Below are positions 15,594 through 24,589 of a stretch of DNA of 36,463 nt, piece after piece. The position numbers and the translations under genes were made by a program. The notes beneath the pieces were generated by a model that had not been told where the DNA came from, searched no databases, and saw only the letters and a program-made list of their open reading frames with translations. The DNA lies in NCBI GenBank assembly GCA_964647425.1, contig CAZYIJ010000003.1, forward strand, positions 1 to 36,463, given 5' to 3'. The DNA comes from an uncultured Anaerolineaceae bacterium (GTDB lineage: Bacteria; Chloroflexota; Anaerolineae; Anaerolineales; Anaerolineaceae). Every line of letters starts with the position of its first letter. Positions within the stretch are counted from its first letter, which is position 1.

Positions 15594-16584
15594 CACGCAC
15601 GCTCCCATCCTCAGTATTCACCCAGCAAGCCACCCGATGGCCGTCCTCGATCTGTATTAATGGAGGATTTTCCATTCTACATTTCTCCATCACCCATTGA
15701 CAACGTGGGGCAAATGGGCAAGAGTGAGGTTTCTTGTAGAGCATCGGAGGCATTCCCTCGATGGAATAAAGGCGTTTACGTCCTTCAGCTTGAATCTGAG
15801 GCAAGCTGTCCAGTAAACCAATCGTATACGGATGCGAAGGTCTTTTATACAACTCATCAATCAAGGCTTCTTCGATAACAAAACCACCATACATTACGTT
15901 CACGCGGTGAGCGATACTCGCAACCACACCCAGGTCGTGCGTGATCCAAATGATTGCCATACCAACTTCTTCACGTAAGCGGATCACTAAATCCACAATC
16001 TGCGCCTGAATAGTTACGTCTAAAGCAGTGGTGGGTTCATCTGCGATAAGAATCTGGGGAGCACAACTGAGAGCCATGGCGATCATGACGCGCTGACGCA
16101 TACCGCCAGAATACTGGTGCGGGTAATCCTTCAAACGGTCAGCAGCTCTTGGAATGCCTACCTGCTCGAGTAATTCGATCGAGCGTGCACGCGCCTGGTC
16201 CTGGCTAAATCCCAGGTGCAACATCAATGGTTCAGCCAATTGCTTTCCAATGGTCATGACCGGATTCAATGAAGTCATCGGGTCCTGGAAAATCATTGAA
16301 ATCTGACCTCCCCGTACGTGACGAATATCATCATCGCTAATTTGGAGCAGATCTTGTCCCTTGAACATGGCAGTTCCAGCAACGATTTTGCCAGGGGGTT
16401 GTTGGATCAGGCGAAGGATGGAAAGCATCGACACACTCTTACCGCAACCACTTTCGCCGACAATTCCCAGTGTTTCTCCTTCATTTAGTGTGAAATCGAC
16501 GCCGTTGACAGCATGAACAATCCCTTCGGGGGTGTTGAATTGCGTCTCCAGTCCTTGAACATTCAGTAATTCATTTGTCATCAA
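15583..16584 (-). CDS. Peptide ABC transporter ATP-binding protein (OppD/DppD type)
   Basis: Walker [10 protein letters not shown], signature YSGGMRQR, Walker [13 protein letters not shown], and C-terminal [14 protein letters not shown]. Confidence 0.92.
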   Translation of the reverse strand: MMTNELLNVQGLETQFNTPEGIVHAVNGVDFTLNEGETLGIVGESGCGKSVSMLSILRLIQQPPGKIVAGTAMFKGQDLLQISDDDIRHVRGGQISMIFQDPMTSLNPVMTIGKQLAEPLMLHLGFSQDQARARSIELLEQVGIPRAADRLKDYPHQYSGGMRQRVMIAMALSCAPQILIADEPTTALDVTIQAQIVDLVIRLREEVGMAIIWITHDLGVVASIAHRVNVMYGGFVIEEALIDELYKRPSHPYTIGLLDSLPQIQAEGRKRLYSIEGMPPMLYKKPHSCPFAPRCQWVMEKCRMENPPLIQIEDGHRVACWVNTEDGSVRDAE

Positions 16585-16591
16585 TTTGTCC

Positions 16592-17575
16592 TTAATTGAA
16601 CTGTATTAGGTCTTTGTGATGGAAAATGTGACTATATTTTTTTAAATTATTAAGTTCACCAGAAAAATTTACTGGTCCGATTATATCATTTTTATAAAAG
16701 TCAATTCTATTACTCTTATGGGATACATGTGCAAATTGCTCATTACGGTTAAATTTTAGATGGGTTATTTCGCAGAATGTAGGTTGAGAATACACAAGGT
16801 GGCAGAGTGCGTACCTGCCGTTAAAATCGACCAGAACCTTCATTAATCCCAAATAATTATCTGCTGATACCAGCGTAAGGGAGTGCGGTTGTAACACAAG
16901 ATCGTCTAAAGGACGGACAATGCTCAGGTGCATTTTCCTGGCTTCCAACTTGTCAACTTCCTGGTTGTAGTAGGTCGCTCCATTTTCCAAAAGGGTGTCT
17001 ATTGTGACAATTGGTTCTCGAAATTTGTTCGACATCAGCAAATCCCCGGAAAATCCTGCACCAGTCATAATTGCCATACAAATAATGAAGGGGCTCAACG
17101 CGCCGATTACACTTGAAGAAGCCAGGCTCTGGTCTATCAGCAGATTTTCCATGATCCCACATAAGACACAGGAAAAACCAATCGCAAAAATCCCATAAAA
17201 CCAGAAGTGACCGATGTTTGTCAATTCTTCAAATTTTATGACAGGGATAAACTCAGGAAGCAGTTTCGTCGTTAGCAAGGGAACAAGCTTGATTGGAATA
17301 TTGATAACCAAATAGGTAAATAGAACTGATAACCCACCCCAAAGCACCAAACTCAATAAACCATTCTCGAATTTTGCTGTCAAATAACCAGCCAAAGTGG
17401 CTAAAGGCACACAAATCAGAAGCGCAGGTAGGATTTTTACAAAGGGCAGCGAGTAATTATACCGGACCAGGATAGTGGCATCCATCCCCCAGGCAGCCAG
17501 TGTGAAAAATAGTCCGGCAAGTAGTCCATAGACAATCCCAAGCTTTGTTCGCCTACGCGAAAAATTACCAGCCAT
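16592..17575 (-). CDS. Hypothetical polytopic membrane protein with a soluble C-terminal domain of about 130 aa; first gene of the peptide ABC operon
   Basis: Five to six hydrophobic helices in residues ~10-185. The C-terminal part has no motif I recognise, and its last ~100 nt are visibly AT-rich. The stop lies 7 nt upstream of the OppD-type start. Confidence 0.6.
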   Translation of the reverse strand: MAGNFSRRRTKLGIVYGLLAGLFFTLAAWGMDATILVRYNYSLPFVKILPALLICVPLATLAGYLTAKFENGLLSLVLWGGLSVLFTYLVINIPIKLVPLLTTKLLPEFIPVIKFEELTNIGHFWFYGIFAIGFSCVLCGIMENLLIDQSLASSSVIGALSPFIICMAIMTGAGFSGDLLMSNKFREPIVTIDTLLENGATYYNQEVDKLEARKMHLSIVRPLDDLVLQPHSLTLVSADNYLGLMKVLVDFNGRYALCHLVYSQPTFCEITHLKFNRNEQFAHVSHKSNRIDFYKNDIIGPVNFSGELNNLKKYSHIFHHKDLIQFN

Positions 17576-17671
17576 AGTACAAGTATAACTTAAAATTGCA
17601 CTAGCAGACTATAAACGCGTTGGAAAATTTTCGATTCTAAGTTTGTTAATTGGACCTGGCAGGTGTTTCGT

Positions 17672-17700
17672 TTGACAAACACGCTTACAAGGACTACACT
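17672..17700 (+). promoter_or_regulatory. Candidate sigma-70-type promoter for the recombinase-like gene
   Basis: TTGACA (17672-17677), a 17-nt spacer, TACACT (17695-17700). Located about 40 nt upstream of the ATG at 17742. Confidence 0.35.
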
Positions 17701-17741
17701 TAATTTCACATTTTTCGACTATACGAAATTTTGGAGTCACT

Positions 17742-18680
17742 ATGAAGCAGAAAAACGAAGCAATCAACGCACACATATCGGAGAGCACACTGCTCCAACC
17801 TGCGATTCAAGCCTGGAAATACTTTTTGAGGGACCAAGGTCGCTCACACCACACACTCAAGGCATTTGAAGCTGACATGATGTTGCTGGAAGAATTTATG
17901 CCTACTGACAAACAAATCGGGCAAATCTCCACAAAAGAACTCGAAGATTACCTGACCTGGCTCGAAAAGGATCGCGGAGTGCCATGCAGTCCGAAGACGC
18001 TCTCCCGTCGAATCACATCATTGAAATCCTTTTTCCGCTGGCTGTCTCAGAACGCAGTTGTTTCTATCGACCCCGCTGAAAAATTGATTCAAAAAACTGT
18101 CACCAGCCCCCTGCCAACGGTACTTACCGCCCAGGAACTAAAAGTTGCTCTCGAAGCAGCTGATTCAATCCGTACTTCTGCCAGCGCTGACCCAAGACCC
18201 TACGTTTTGATGCTCCTGGTATTGGAAACCGCCTTGAAAAAAGGCGAATGCCTGAATTTAAAAACCAATCATCTTGAGATAAGCAACCCTGAGGAAGCTT
18301 ACGTCTTCGTACGATATCCCAATCAACGCTATCGTTTCAAGGAACGCAAAATCTCGGTTTCGCCGGAATGGGTGGACGCTTACAATCAATACGCAGAAAA
18401 ATATCAGATCAAAGATCAAGTCTTTCCCTGGTCTCAACGACGTCTGGAATATTTGTTGGAAGACGTCACCAACGCCGCGAAGATGGACAAACATATTAGT
18501 TTTGATATGCTGCGCTGGACCAGCGCACTCAATGACTTCTCTAACGGAGTCGAGCAGGATAAGATCCGTCAGAAACTGGGAATCTCAAAAATTCAATGGC
18601 GTGAAGTAAAAAGCAAACTGCGCAACCTCGCTTCGGAGTATGGATACACACTTCCAGAAGTTGAAGAAAACCAGAGCTAA
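17742..18680 (+). CDS. Tyrosine-recombinase (XerC/XerD/phage-integrase)-like protein with a degenerate active site
   Basis: The N-terminal SAM-like core-binding domain is typical (TLKAFEADMMLLEEF...ISTKELEDYLTWL...SPKTLSRRITSLKSFFRWL). The C-terminal domain is alignable to XerD, but the catalytic positions are replaced (see finding). Confidence 0.8.
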   Translation: MKQKNEAINAHISESTLLQPAIQAWKYFLRDQGRSHHTLKAFEADMMLLEEFMPTDKQIGQISTKELEDYLTWLEKDRGVPCSPKTLSRRITSLKSFFRWLSQNAVVSIDPAEKLIQKTVTSPLPTVLTAQELKVALEAADSIRTSASADPRPYVLMLLVLETALKKGECLNLKTNHLEISNPEEAYVFVRYPNQRYRFKERKISVSPEWVDAYNQYAEKYQIKDQVFPWSQRRLEYLLEDVTNAAKMDKHISFDMLRWTSALNDFSNGVEQDKIRQKLGISKIQWREVKSKLRNLASEYGYTLPEVEENQS

Positions 18681-18705
18681 CTTGCGCCCTAATCATAGAG
18701 AAACA

Positions 18706-19674
18706 ATGAAATATACAACTCGTAACGAACGCAAACGCGGTTTTCCATTTGGTTGGATACTGCTCTTTATTAGCCTGGCTTTGCTCGCAATGGCAGGCAT
18801 CAGCATCAACAAGATGCGCGATGGTCAGCCTGGTTTCATGACCAACCTTTGGGAGAGTGAAACCAACCTTGAACCCGACCCTTACCTCGACGGCAGCGCC
18901 CTGACCCTGCCAGTGCCCGGTCATATTAAAACTGTGATGCTACTGGGTTCTGACTATCAACCCACGATTGGCTTCCGCACTGACGTAATGCTGCTGGTTG
19001 CAATGAATACCAAGACCAGCGAGTTTCATCTGTTGTCTTTCCCTCGCGACTTATGGGTCAACATCCCCGGAGTTGGTCCGCAGCGTCTCAACACTGCCCT
19101 GCCTTTTGGCGGAACAGAGCTGCTCAGCGATACGCTGGCGCTTAATTTCGGATTCAGACCCGACAATTTTGCCATGGTGGATTTTGACGGCTTCAAGTAC
19201 ATCGTTGACGTGATGGGCGGCATTGACGTTGATGTTGAGAAACGTATGGAAGATGAATGCTGGCTGAATGATACTGGCTGGTGTGTGATTGAACCCGGCA
19301 GGCAATATATGACTGCTGGTGATGCCTTTTGGTATGTGCGCGCCCGTAAAAATACCTCTGACTTCGACCGCAACCGCAGACAACAGGAAGTCATCAAAGC
19401 AATGGTCAGCAAAGCTCTGCGACCATCTGAATTGCCCAACCTGGGCAGGGTTTTGAATGCCGTCAGCGATACAGTTGAAACAAATTTGAAGATTTCGGAT
19501 ATGTTCTTATACGTCGTTCCGTTATCCAAATTCTTCGATGGGCCAGATATCACCACCTACCAGATCACCCCTGCAGAAGCCGTACCTGGTATGACCGATG
19601 GCGGTGCTTCTGTGCTTTACCCGGATATTAATGCAATTCAGGCAATCATTCGACAAGCACTTTGGATTGATTAG
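18706..19674 (+). CDS. LCP (LytR-CpsA-Psr) family cell-wall glycopolymer phosphotransferase, paralogue 2
   Basis: ORF track 18640..19674. I use the ATG at 18706 (MKYTTRNERKRGFPFGWILLFISLALLAMAG: basic tail plus TM), which avoids overlap with the upstream gene. Motifs VMLLGSDY...RTDVMLLVAMN...FHLLSFPRDLWVNIPG...RLNT...GGIDV...SDFDRNRRQQEV. Confidence 0.85.
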   Translation: MKYTTRNERKRGFPFGWILLFISLALLAMAGISINKMRDGQPGFMTNLWESETNLEPDPYLDGSALTLPVPGHIKTVMLLGSDYQPTIGFRTDVMLLVAMNTKTSEFHLLSFPRDLWVNIPGVGPQRLNTALPFGGTELLSDTLALNFGFRPDNFAMVDFDGFKYIVDVMGGIDVDVEKRMEDECWLNDTGWCVIEPGRQYMTAGDAFWYVRARKNTSDFDRNRRQQEVIKAMVSKALRPSELPNLGRVLNAVSDTVETNLKISDMFLYVVPLSKFFDGPDITTYQITPAEAVPGMTDGGASVLYPDINAIQAIIRQALWID

Positions 19675-19678
19675 GGAT

Positions 19679-21109
19679 TCAAGCAGGTGGAATGAGCTGG
19701 AGGTGCAAAACCTCTACCTCATCTCCAGTTAGACGCCAGGCTTGAGAGATTCTCAAGCCAACAACCCATAAAACAGACCCCGCACTGCATACAACCGGCC
19801 ATAAATTCCGGGCAGTTCGGGGGATTTTTTGGTTAATTAAGAAATCGCTCATTTTTTGATGCTTGTGCACCATACCAAGCGGTGACCACCTCTCCCCCAC
19901 AATAGGTTGCCTCACCATTAAAGGCCACTCCAGATCTGCCGGGTTCAACCAGGCATGCTCAGGATTTTGCTTGATTTCTGGTGAAAGGCGATCGTAGTCA
20001 TTTTTATCAATCAGCTCAGCTTTAATCTGCCAGCCAAACTGAAGTTTAGCATTTTTCTTAAGGGTAAGCTTGAGGGGAGCGGAATCGGGCAGTTGTGGAT
20101 GATCAGTCTGAGGAAGTTTAAAGTTGCCCAGGGAAAGCAAGAAAGTTTCAGGTTGGTTTTGAATCAGGATGCCGGCTTTAAAATCCGCCCTTGGCGTGAT
20201 TTCGTCAATGCTCTTTTTTGCTCGTTGTAATTCCGGAAAACCAAGATCACGCAACCCAGGCACCAGGTGGTTTCCCGCCTTCATCAAGAGCCGGTATTGG
20301 ATTGCTTCGTCCAATTGCTCCCATTTGGCGCGGTCAAACTGCAATGCTTCGTTTCCATATTTATTGACAAGGCAATTTTGCCAGGAAAGTTCGGTGATTT
20401 TTTCCAACACCTGCCGATCAAGGTCGATTACGGCCGCGTTCCTTGCCAGGATTGTGCGGAAGGAAGGTTGAATTTTTTCGATTTGCGGGATCAGCTCATG
20501 TCGCAAGCGATTGCGATAAAACCGCAAATCCTGGTTCGATTCATCCTCGATCGGCTCAAGCTGATGTCTCCCGCAGTATTCCACGATCTCTTCCTTGCCT
20601 AATCCCAGGAGCGGTCTCCAAATGGGAATTTCTTCGGAAAACTGGGGAAGGGCCTCAGCCGGGGGCATACCGGTCAAGCCGTTAATCCCACTTCCTCTTA
20701 AAAAATGCATCAGGATCGTTTCAACCTGATCGTCCTGGTGATGGGCGGTCAGGATTGCCTGTGCGTTGTACTTTTGGGCCATGGCAGTTAAAAATCTGTA
20801 ACGACAAAAGCGGGCAGCTTCCTCCAACCCCATTTTGTTCTCTTTGGCAAACTGACGCACATCACCTGAGCCAAGTTCCGATTCCAAACCCCAATTTTGC
20901 ATGCGGGATATAACTTCTTTGGCTTGTTGGGCAGAGACAGGTCTGAGTTGGTGATCAAAATGAGCAGCAACCAGCTCTAAGTCTGATTGGAGCAGCAGAT
21001 GAACCAAACAAAGGCTGTCAGCTCCACCCGAAACACCAATTACAATCGGTTTTTTGAGGTCAGGCTTGAAAGTTTCAAAAAAATCCGCCAGAAATTGTGC
21101 GCCATCCAT
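19679..21109 (-). CDS. tilS: tRNA(Ile)-lysidine synthetase
   Basis: PP-loop VIGVSGGADSLCL and the ...HFDHQLR... segment. Length and C-terminal substrate-binding domain are typical of long-form TilS. Confidence 0.92.
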   Translation of the reverse strand: MDGAQFLADFFETFKPDLKKPIVIGVSGGADSLCLVHLLLQSDLELVAAHFDHQLRPVSAQQAKEVISRMQNWGLESELGSGDVRQFAKENKMGLEEAARFCRYRFLTAMAQKYNAQAILTAHHQDDQVETILMHFLRGSGINGLTGMPPAEALPQFSEEIPIWRPLLGLGKEEIVEYCGRHQLEPIEDESNQDLRFYRNRLRHELIPQIEKIQPSFRTILARNAAVIDLDRQVLEKITELSWQNCLVNKYGNEALQFDRAKWEQLDEAIQYRLLMKAGNHLVPGLRDLGFPELQRAKKSIDEITPRADFKAGILIQNQPETFLLSLGNFKLPQTDHPQLPDSAPLKLTLKKNAKLQFGWQIKAELIDKNDYDRLSPEIKQNPEHAWLNPADLEWPLMVRQPIVGERWSPLGMVHKHQKMSDFLINQKIPRTARNLWPVVCSAGSVLWVVGLRISQAWRLTGDEVEVLHLQLIPPA

Positions 21110-21180
21110 GGTGGAAATTATAGCTTAAGCAAACCTTAAAAATTGCGTGAGGTCAAAAATGTTTGCAGTATACTTTAGTT

Positions 21181-22254
21181 ATGTCCCAGAAACCTTTTGT
21201 GATTGGTTTGACCGGAAATATCGCGTCAGGGAAGAGCGTCATTCGCAACTACCTGGCAAACTTTGGCGCCTACACAATTGATGCCGATCTGACCGCGCAA
21301 GACAGCTATTTGCCGGGAACTAAGGGCTATCAAGCTATCCTGGAACATTTCGGCGAAGACCTGTGCCTGGCGGATGGTCAGATCAACCGCAGTAAATTGG
21401 GACGAATCGTGTTTGCCGATCCTGCTGAACTAAAAATACTGGAGGAAATCGTCCACCCCCACGTCACCCAGGCAATATCGAAACAGATCGAGGACTTCAA
21501 TCGCCCATTTTTAGTAATTGAAGCAATCAAGCTGCTTGAATCTCAACTTGTTGACCAATGCGATCAGATCTGGACAGCAGCAGCAGATAAACAAGTGCGC
21601 TTTGAGCGCCTGGTAACTAACCGCGGACACAGCGAAAGCCTTGCCTGGAAAAAAATCAATGCTCAGGCACCACAAGAAGAAAAAATTTCGCGTTCTAATA
21701 CCGTGATATGGACTGATGGCAGCTTTGAGGAAACCTTCAAGCAAACAACGCAGGCACTGAATGAACTGGGATTGCCCCTGGTAAGACAGATTACTCAGTC
21801 TCCTCTTGAGTTGCGCTCGATTATGGAAAGCGAGTTACCAATAGCCTGCGATTTATTTTCTGCTGGCACGCATCAAGAATGGACTTGCGATCGAATTTAC
21901 CAGGTTCTGGCCTCAAAATTAGTTCCGATACTAACCTGGGAAGATGAAATGATCCAAATCCGAAGGCTCAGTACCCGCCAAGATCTGGCGCTGCTTACCC
22001 ACCAATCCCCTATCAAAACAGAGCAAGCCCCGAACCAGGATGTTTTTCCCTTGCTTGAAGCCTGGCTGCAAGGCGCATACACACTCTTAGCAGTCTCTCA
22101 CGAAGTGCTGTCTTCTAAAGAAGCCTGGCAATGCGGTTTCCTGCCTGGTGAAGACGTCCCGGATGAAATACCCCATTCTACTTACATATCTTTTTTGAAA
22201 GAGAATGGATTAATGCCCGGGGAAGTCTGGGTTAAGAATATCCCCGAAACTTGA
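21181..22254 (+). CDS. coaE: Dephospho-CoA kinase with a C-terminal extension of about 160 aa of unknown function
   Basis: ATG at 21181 (the track start 21163 is a TTG). P-loop IGLTGNIASGKS, then ...DADL...GY..I...FG...L..DG.INR..LG.IVF. The kinase fold is complete by about residue 195. Confidence 0.85.
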   Translation: MSQKPFVIGLTGNIASGKSVIRNYLANFGAYTIDADLTAQDSYLPGTKGYQAILEHFGEDLCLADGQINRSKLGRIVFADPAELKILEEIVHPHVTQAISKQIEDFNRPFLVIEAIKLLESQLVDQCDQIWTAAADKQVRFERLVTNRGHSESLAWKKINAQAPQEEKISRSNTVIWTDGSFEETFKQTTQALNELGLPLVRQITQSPLELRSIMESELPIACDLFSAGTHQEWTCDRIYQVLASKLVPILTWEDEMIQIRRLSTRQDLALLTHQSPIKTEQAPNQDVFPLLEAWLQGAYTLLAVSHEVLSSKEAWQCGFLPGEDVPDEIPHSTYISFLKENGLMPGEVWVKNIPET

Positions 22255-22451
22255 TAGCCATTTCTTTATTCGTTTTTCTAAAGGACGACCGTGACCAGTC
22301 GTTTTTTAGTTTATAAGGTTGTGATCAGATTTCTTGCCTGGTAGCAACCCTACTCCATGCAAAACACATTAATTTCCCAGAAACGCTTGTAAATTTTTGG
22401 GCAACAGCCTCAAATAAGGTTATACTTAAATTCGTATAGCAGGTAAAGAAA

Positions 22452-23339
22452 ATGCAAGAAATTTGGAATAACCTCATGTTCATTATGGAGCGGTTCACCT
22501 GGTCCAGTGTTTTAGACATTCTCCTGGTGACCATATTCTTCAGTTTGCTGCTCTACCTGCTGCGTGATACCGATGCCCAGACCCTTTTAAGGGGCGTGTT
22601 CCTGATCGTCATTCTGGTGTTTTTCCTCACTTCCCTGGTGAACCTGCCGGCTTTTTCATGGCTCGTGCAAACAGTCTCCCCTGCACTGATAATCGCGGTG
22701 CCAGTTATTTTTGCCCCGGAAATCAGACGTGGGCTGGAACGTATGGGGAGCATGGGAGAATTGCGCTTCTGGCGCAGTCGCAGAGGTACAAAAGCTTCTT
22801 TGGAATTAGAAGAAACCCTCAACGCGATCACAAAGGCTGTCATTCAACTGTCAGAACGACGCCACGGCGCTCTAATTATTCTGACTCGAAGAGAGATGTT
22901 GGACCGTTTCTACAAGAATGGGGTCATGCTAAATTCGGATGTCAATCCCCAGATCCTGCTGCAAATTTTCTACCCCAACACTCCGCTGCACGATGGGGCT
23001 GTGATCATCTTTGAGAATCGTATTAAAGCTGCCGCTTGTGTTATGCCTCTTTCCAGTAGTGGCGTGCTCAACAGTACTGCTGACCGTTCGTTAGGATTGC
23101 GGCATCGAGCTGCCATGGGTATCAGCGAGGTAAGCGATGCCTTGGCAGTGGTGGTTTCAGAAGAAACTGGCACAATCTCGATTGCCCATCGCGGCAGACT
23201 TATTCGACGTCTGGATGGTGATCGCCTGCTCAACAGTATGCGCGCAATTATGGCAACTGACCAACCTATCAACACCAACCGCCTGAAAATGCTTTTAAAG
23301 AAAAATAAGGTTGAAGAGCCAGTGGAGGAAACAGAATGA
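22452..23339 (+). CDS. cdaA: Membrane-anchored diadenylate cyclase (CdaA/DacA type)
   Basis: Three N-terminal TM helices. DAC domain motifs GALIILTR, PLHDGAVII and GLRHRAAMGISEVSDALAVVVSEETGTISIA. Confidence 0.92.
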   Translation: MQEIWNNLMFIMERFTWSSVLDILLVTIFFSLLLYLLRDTDAQTLLRGVFLIVILVFFLTSLVNLPAFSWLVQTVSPALIIAVPVIFAPEIRRGLERMGSMGELRFWRSRRGTKASLELEETLNAITKAVIQLSERRHGALIILTRREMLDRFYKNGVMLNSDVNPQILLQIFYPNTPLHDGAVIIFENRIKAAACVMPLSSSGVLNSTADRSLGLRHRAAMGISEVSDALAVVVSEETGTISIAHRGRLIRRLDGDRLLNSMRAIMATDQPINTNRLKMLLKKNKVEEPVEETE

Positions 23340-24565
23340 TGGACTTTCTTAAACGGGTCTTCAAACTGCTCCCTATCTTTTTCACAGCCTTGATCCTTGC
23401 TGTAATCGTGTGGGTATCTTCGGTGAGCTCCAGTGATCCCAACGAAGTTGTTTCGTATACCACCCCGGTTCCCCTGACAGTATTGGGGCAAAACCCGGAT
23501 TTTTTGATCACAGAGCAAAGCACTTCTAACCTTACCATCACCTTAAGAGCACCACGGTCTGTTCATGAACAAATTTTACGAAATTTCAACCAGATAACTG
23601 CTCAAATCAATCTGTCAGGTTTGGCAGCAGGCACCTACGATTTAGTGCCGGAAATCGACACAGCTAATTTCAATCCTGTTCAAGTTCTGGAAGTCAATCC
23701 AGCTGAGGTCAACATAACCCTGGAAAAGATGGCAACAAAAATCCTGGATATCACCCTGCTCCAGACAGGGAATCTACCAATCAGCTATGAGGCTGACGAA
23801 GCCACATTGAGCAGTGAGACTGTGGAGTTGTTGGGACCAGAATCAATAATAAACGAAGTCAACGACGTTGTTGCAAGTATCGACCTTAGCAGCACCACGA
23901 CAACCATCACCAGGACTGTAGAACTGCGTCCTCTCGACCGACGCGGCAATGTAATTGAGGGGGTTAGTCTAAATCCCGCCTCCATTACAGTCGAAGTGCC
24001 AATCAGGCAATTGGTTGGTTACCGCAATGTCTTCGTTAAAATTGTAACTACAGGTACGATCGCCCAGGGTTATCATCTGACAAGTTTGGTGGTGGACCCC
24101 CCCAGTGTGACCATCTACACTTCTGATCCGGCACTGGCTGAAGAAATGCCTTCGTTCCTGGATACTGCTCCTATCAATCTGAGCGGAGCGTATGAGGATT
24201 TCAATATCAACGTGGAACTGCAATTGCAGGATGGGATTGTTGTTGTCGGAAACCCGCAAGTCACCGTTCAGGTTGGTATAGATGCGATTCAATCCTCAAT
24301 CCAATTTGTTGGTGTGCCAGTTGAAATCATTAACCTGGAAGTGGATTTGACGGTTAACATCTCACCTGATAGGGTTGATCTTTACATCTCTGGCCCCATG
24401 AATTTACTCGAAGAGCTTACTGCCGATAATATTCGGGTGACGCTTGATCTAAGCGATCGCAGCCCCGGAACTTATCAATTATCGCCTGACGTATTTTTAA
24501 ACGATGATGAACTGCGGTTGGATTCCATCTTGCCGGGTACCATTGAAGTTGTACTTTGGCGTTGA
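23336..24565 (+). CDS. cdaR: YbbR-domain protein, CdaA regulator
   Basis: ATGA start/stop overlap with cdaA. A single N-terminal TM is followed by repeated beta-rich YbbR-like modules (...V.V.G.P.....v..v.v.P..V.v.G...). The call rests on context plus architecture. Confidence 0.85.
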   Translation: MMDFLKRVFKLLPIFFTALILAVIVWVSSVSSSDPNEVVSYTTPVPLTVLGQNPDFLITEQSTSNLTITLRAPRSVHEQILRNFNQITAQINLSGLAAGTYDLVPEIDTANFNPVQVLEVNPAEVNITLEKMATKILDITLLQTGNLPISYEADEATLSSETVELLGPESIINEVNDVVASIDLSSTTTTITRTVELRPLDRRGNVIEGVSLNPASITVEVPIRQLVGYRNVFVKIVTTGTIAQGYHLTSLVVDPPSVTIYTSDPALAEEMPSFLDTAPINLSGAYEDFNINVELQLQDGIVVVGNPQVTVQVGIDAIQSSIQFVGVPVEIINLEVDLTVNISPDRVDLYISGPMNLLEELTADNIRVTLDLSDRSPGTYQLSPDVFLNDDELRLDSILPGTIEVVLWR

Positions 24566-24589
24566 AATAGAAAGATTAGGAAATCCCTC

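Noticed and set aside
17742-18680. Integrase marking an integrated mobile element or prophage boundary
   Set aside because: There is no tRNA target, no direct att-like repeats and no phage or conjugation genes on either side. The predicted active site is degenerate.
22285-22307. Terminator after coaE (ACGAC-cgtgacca-GTCGT + TTTTTT)
   Set aside because: The stem is only 5 bp. It is too weak to report as a feature without an energy calculation or transcript data.
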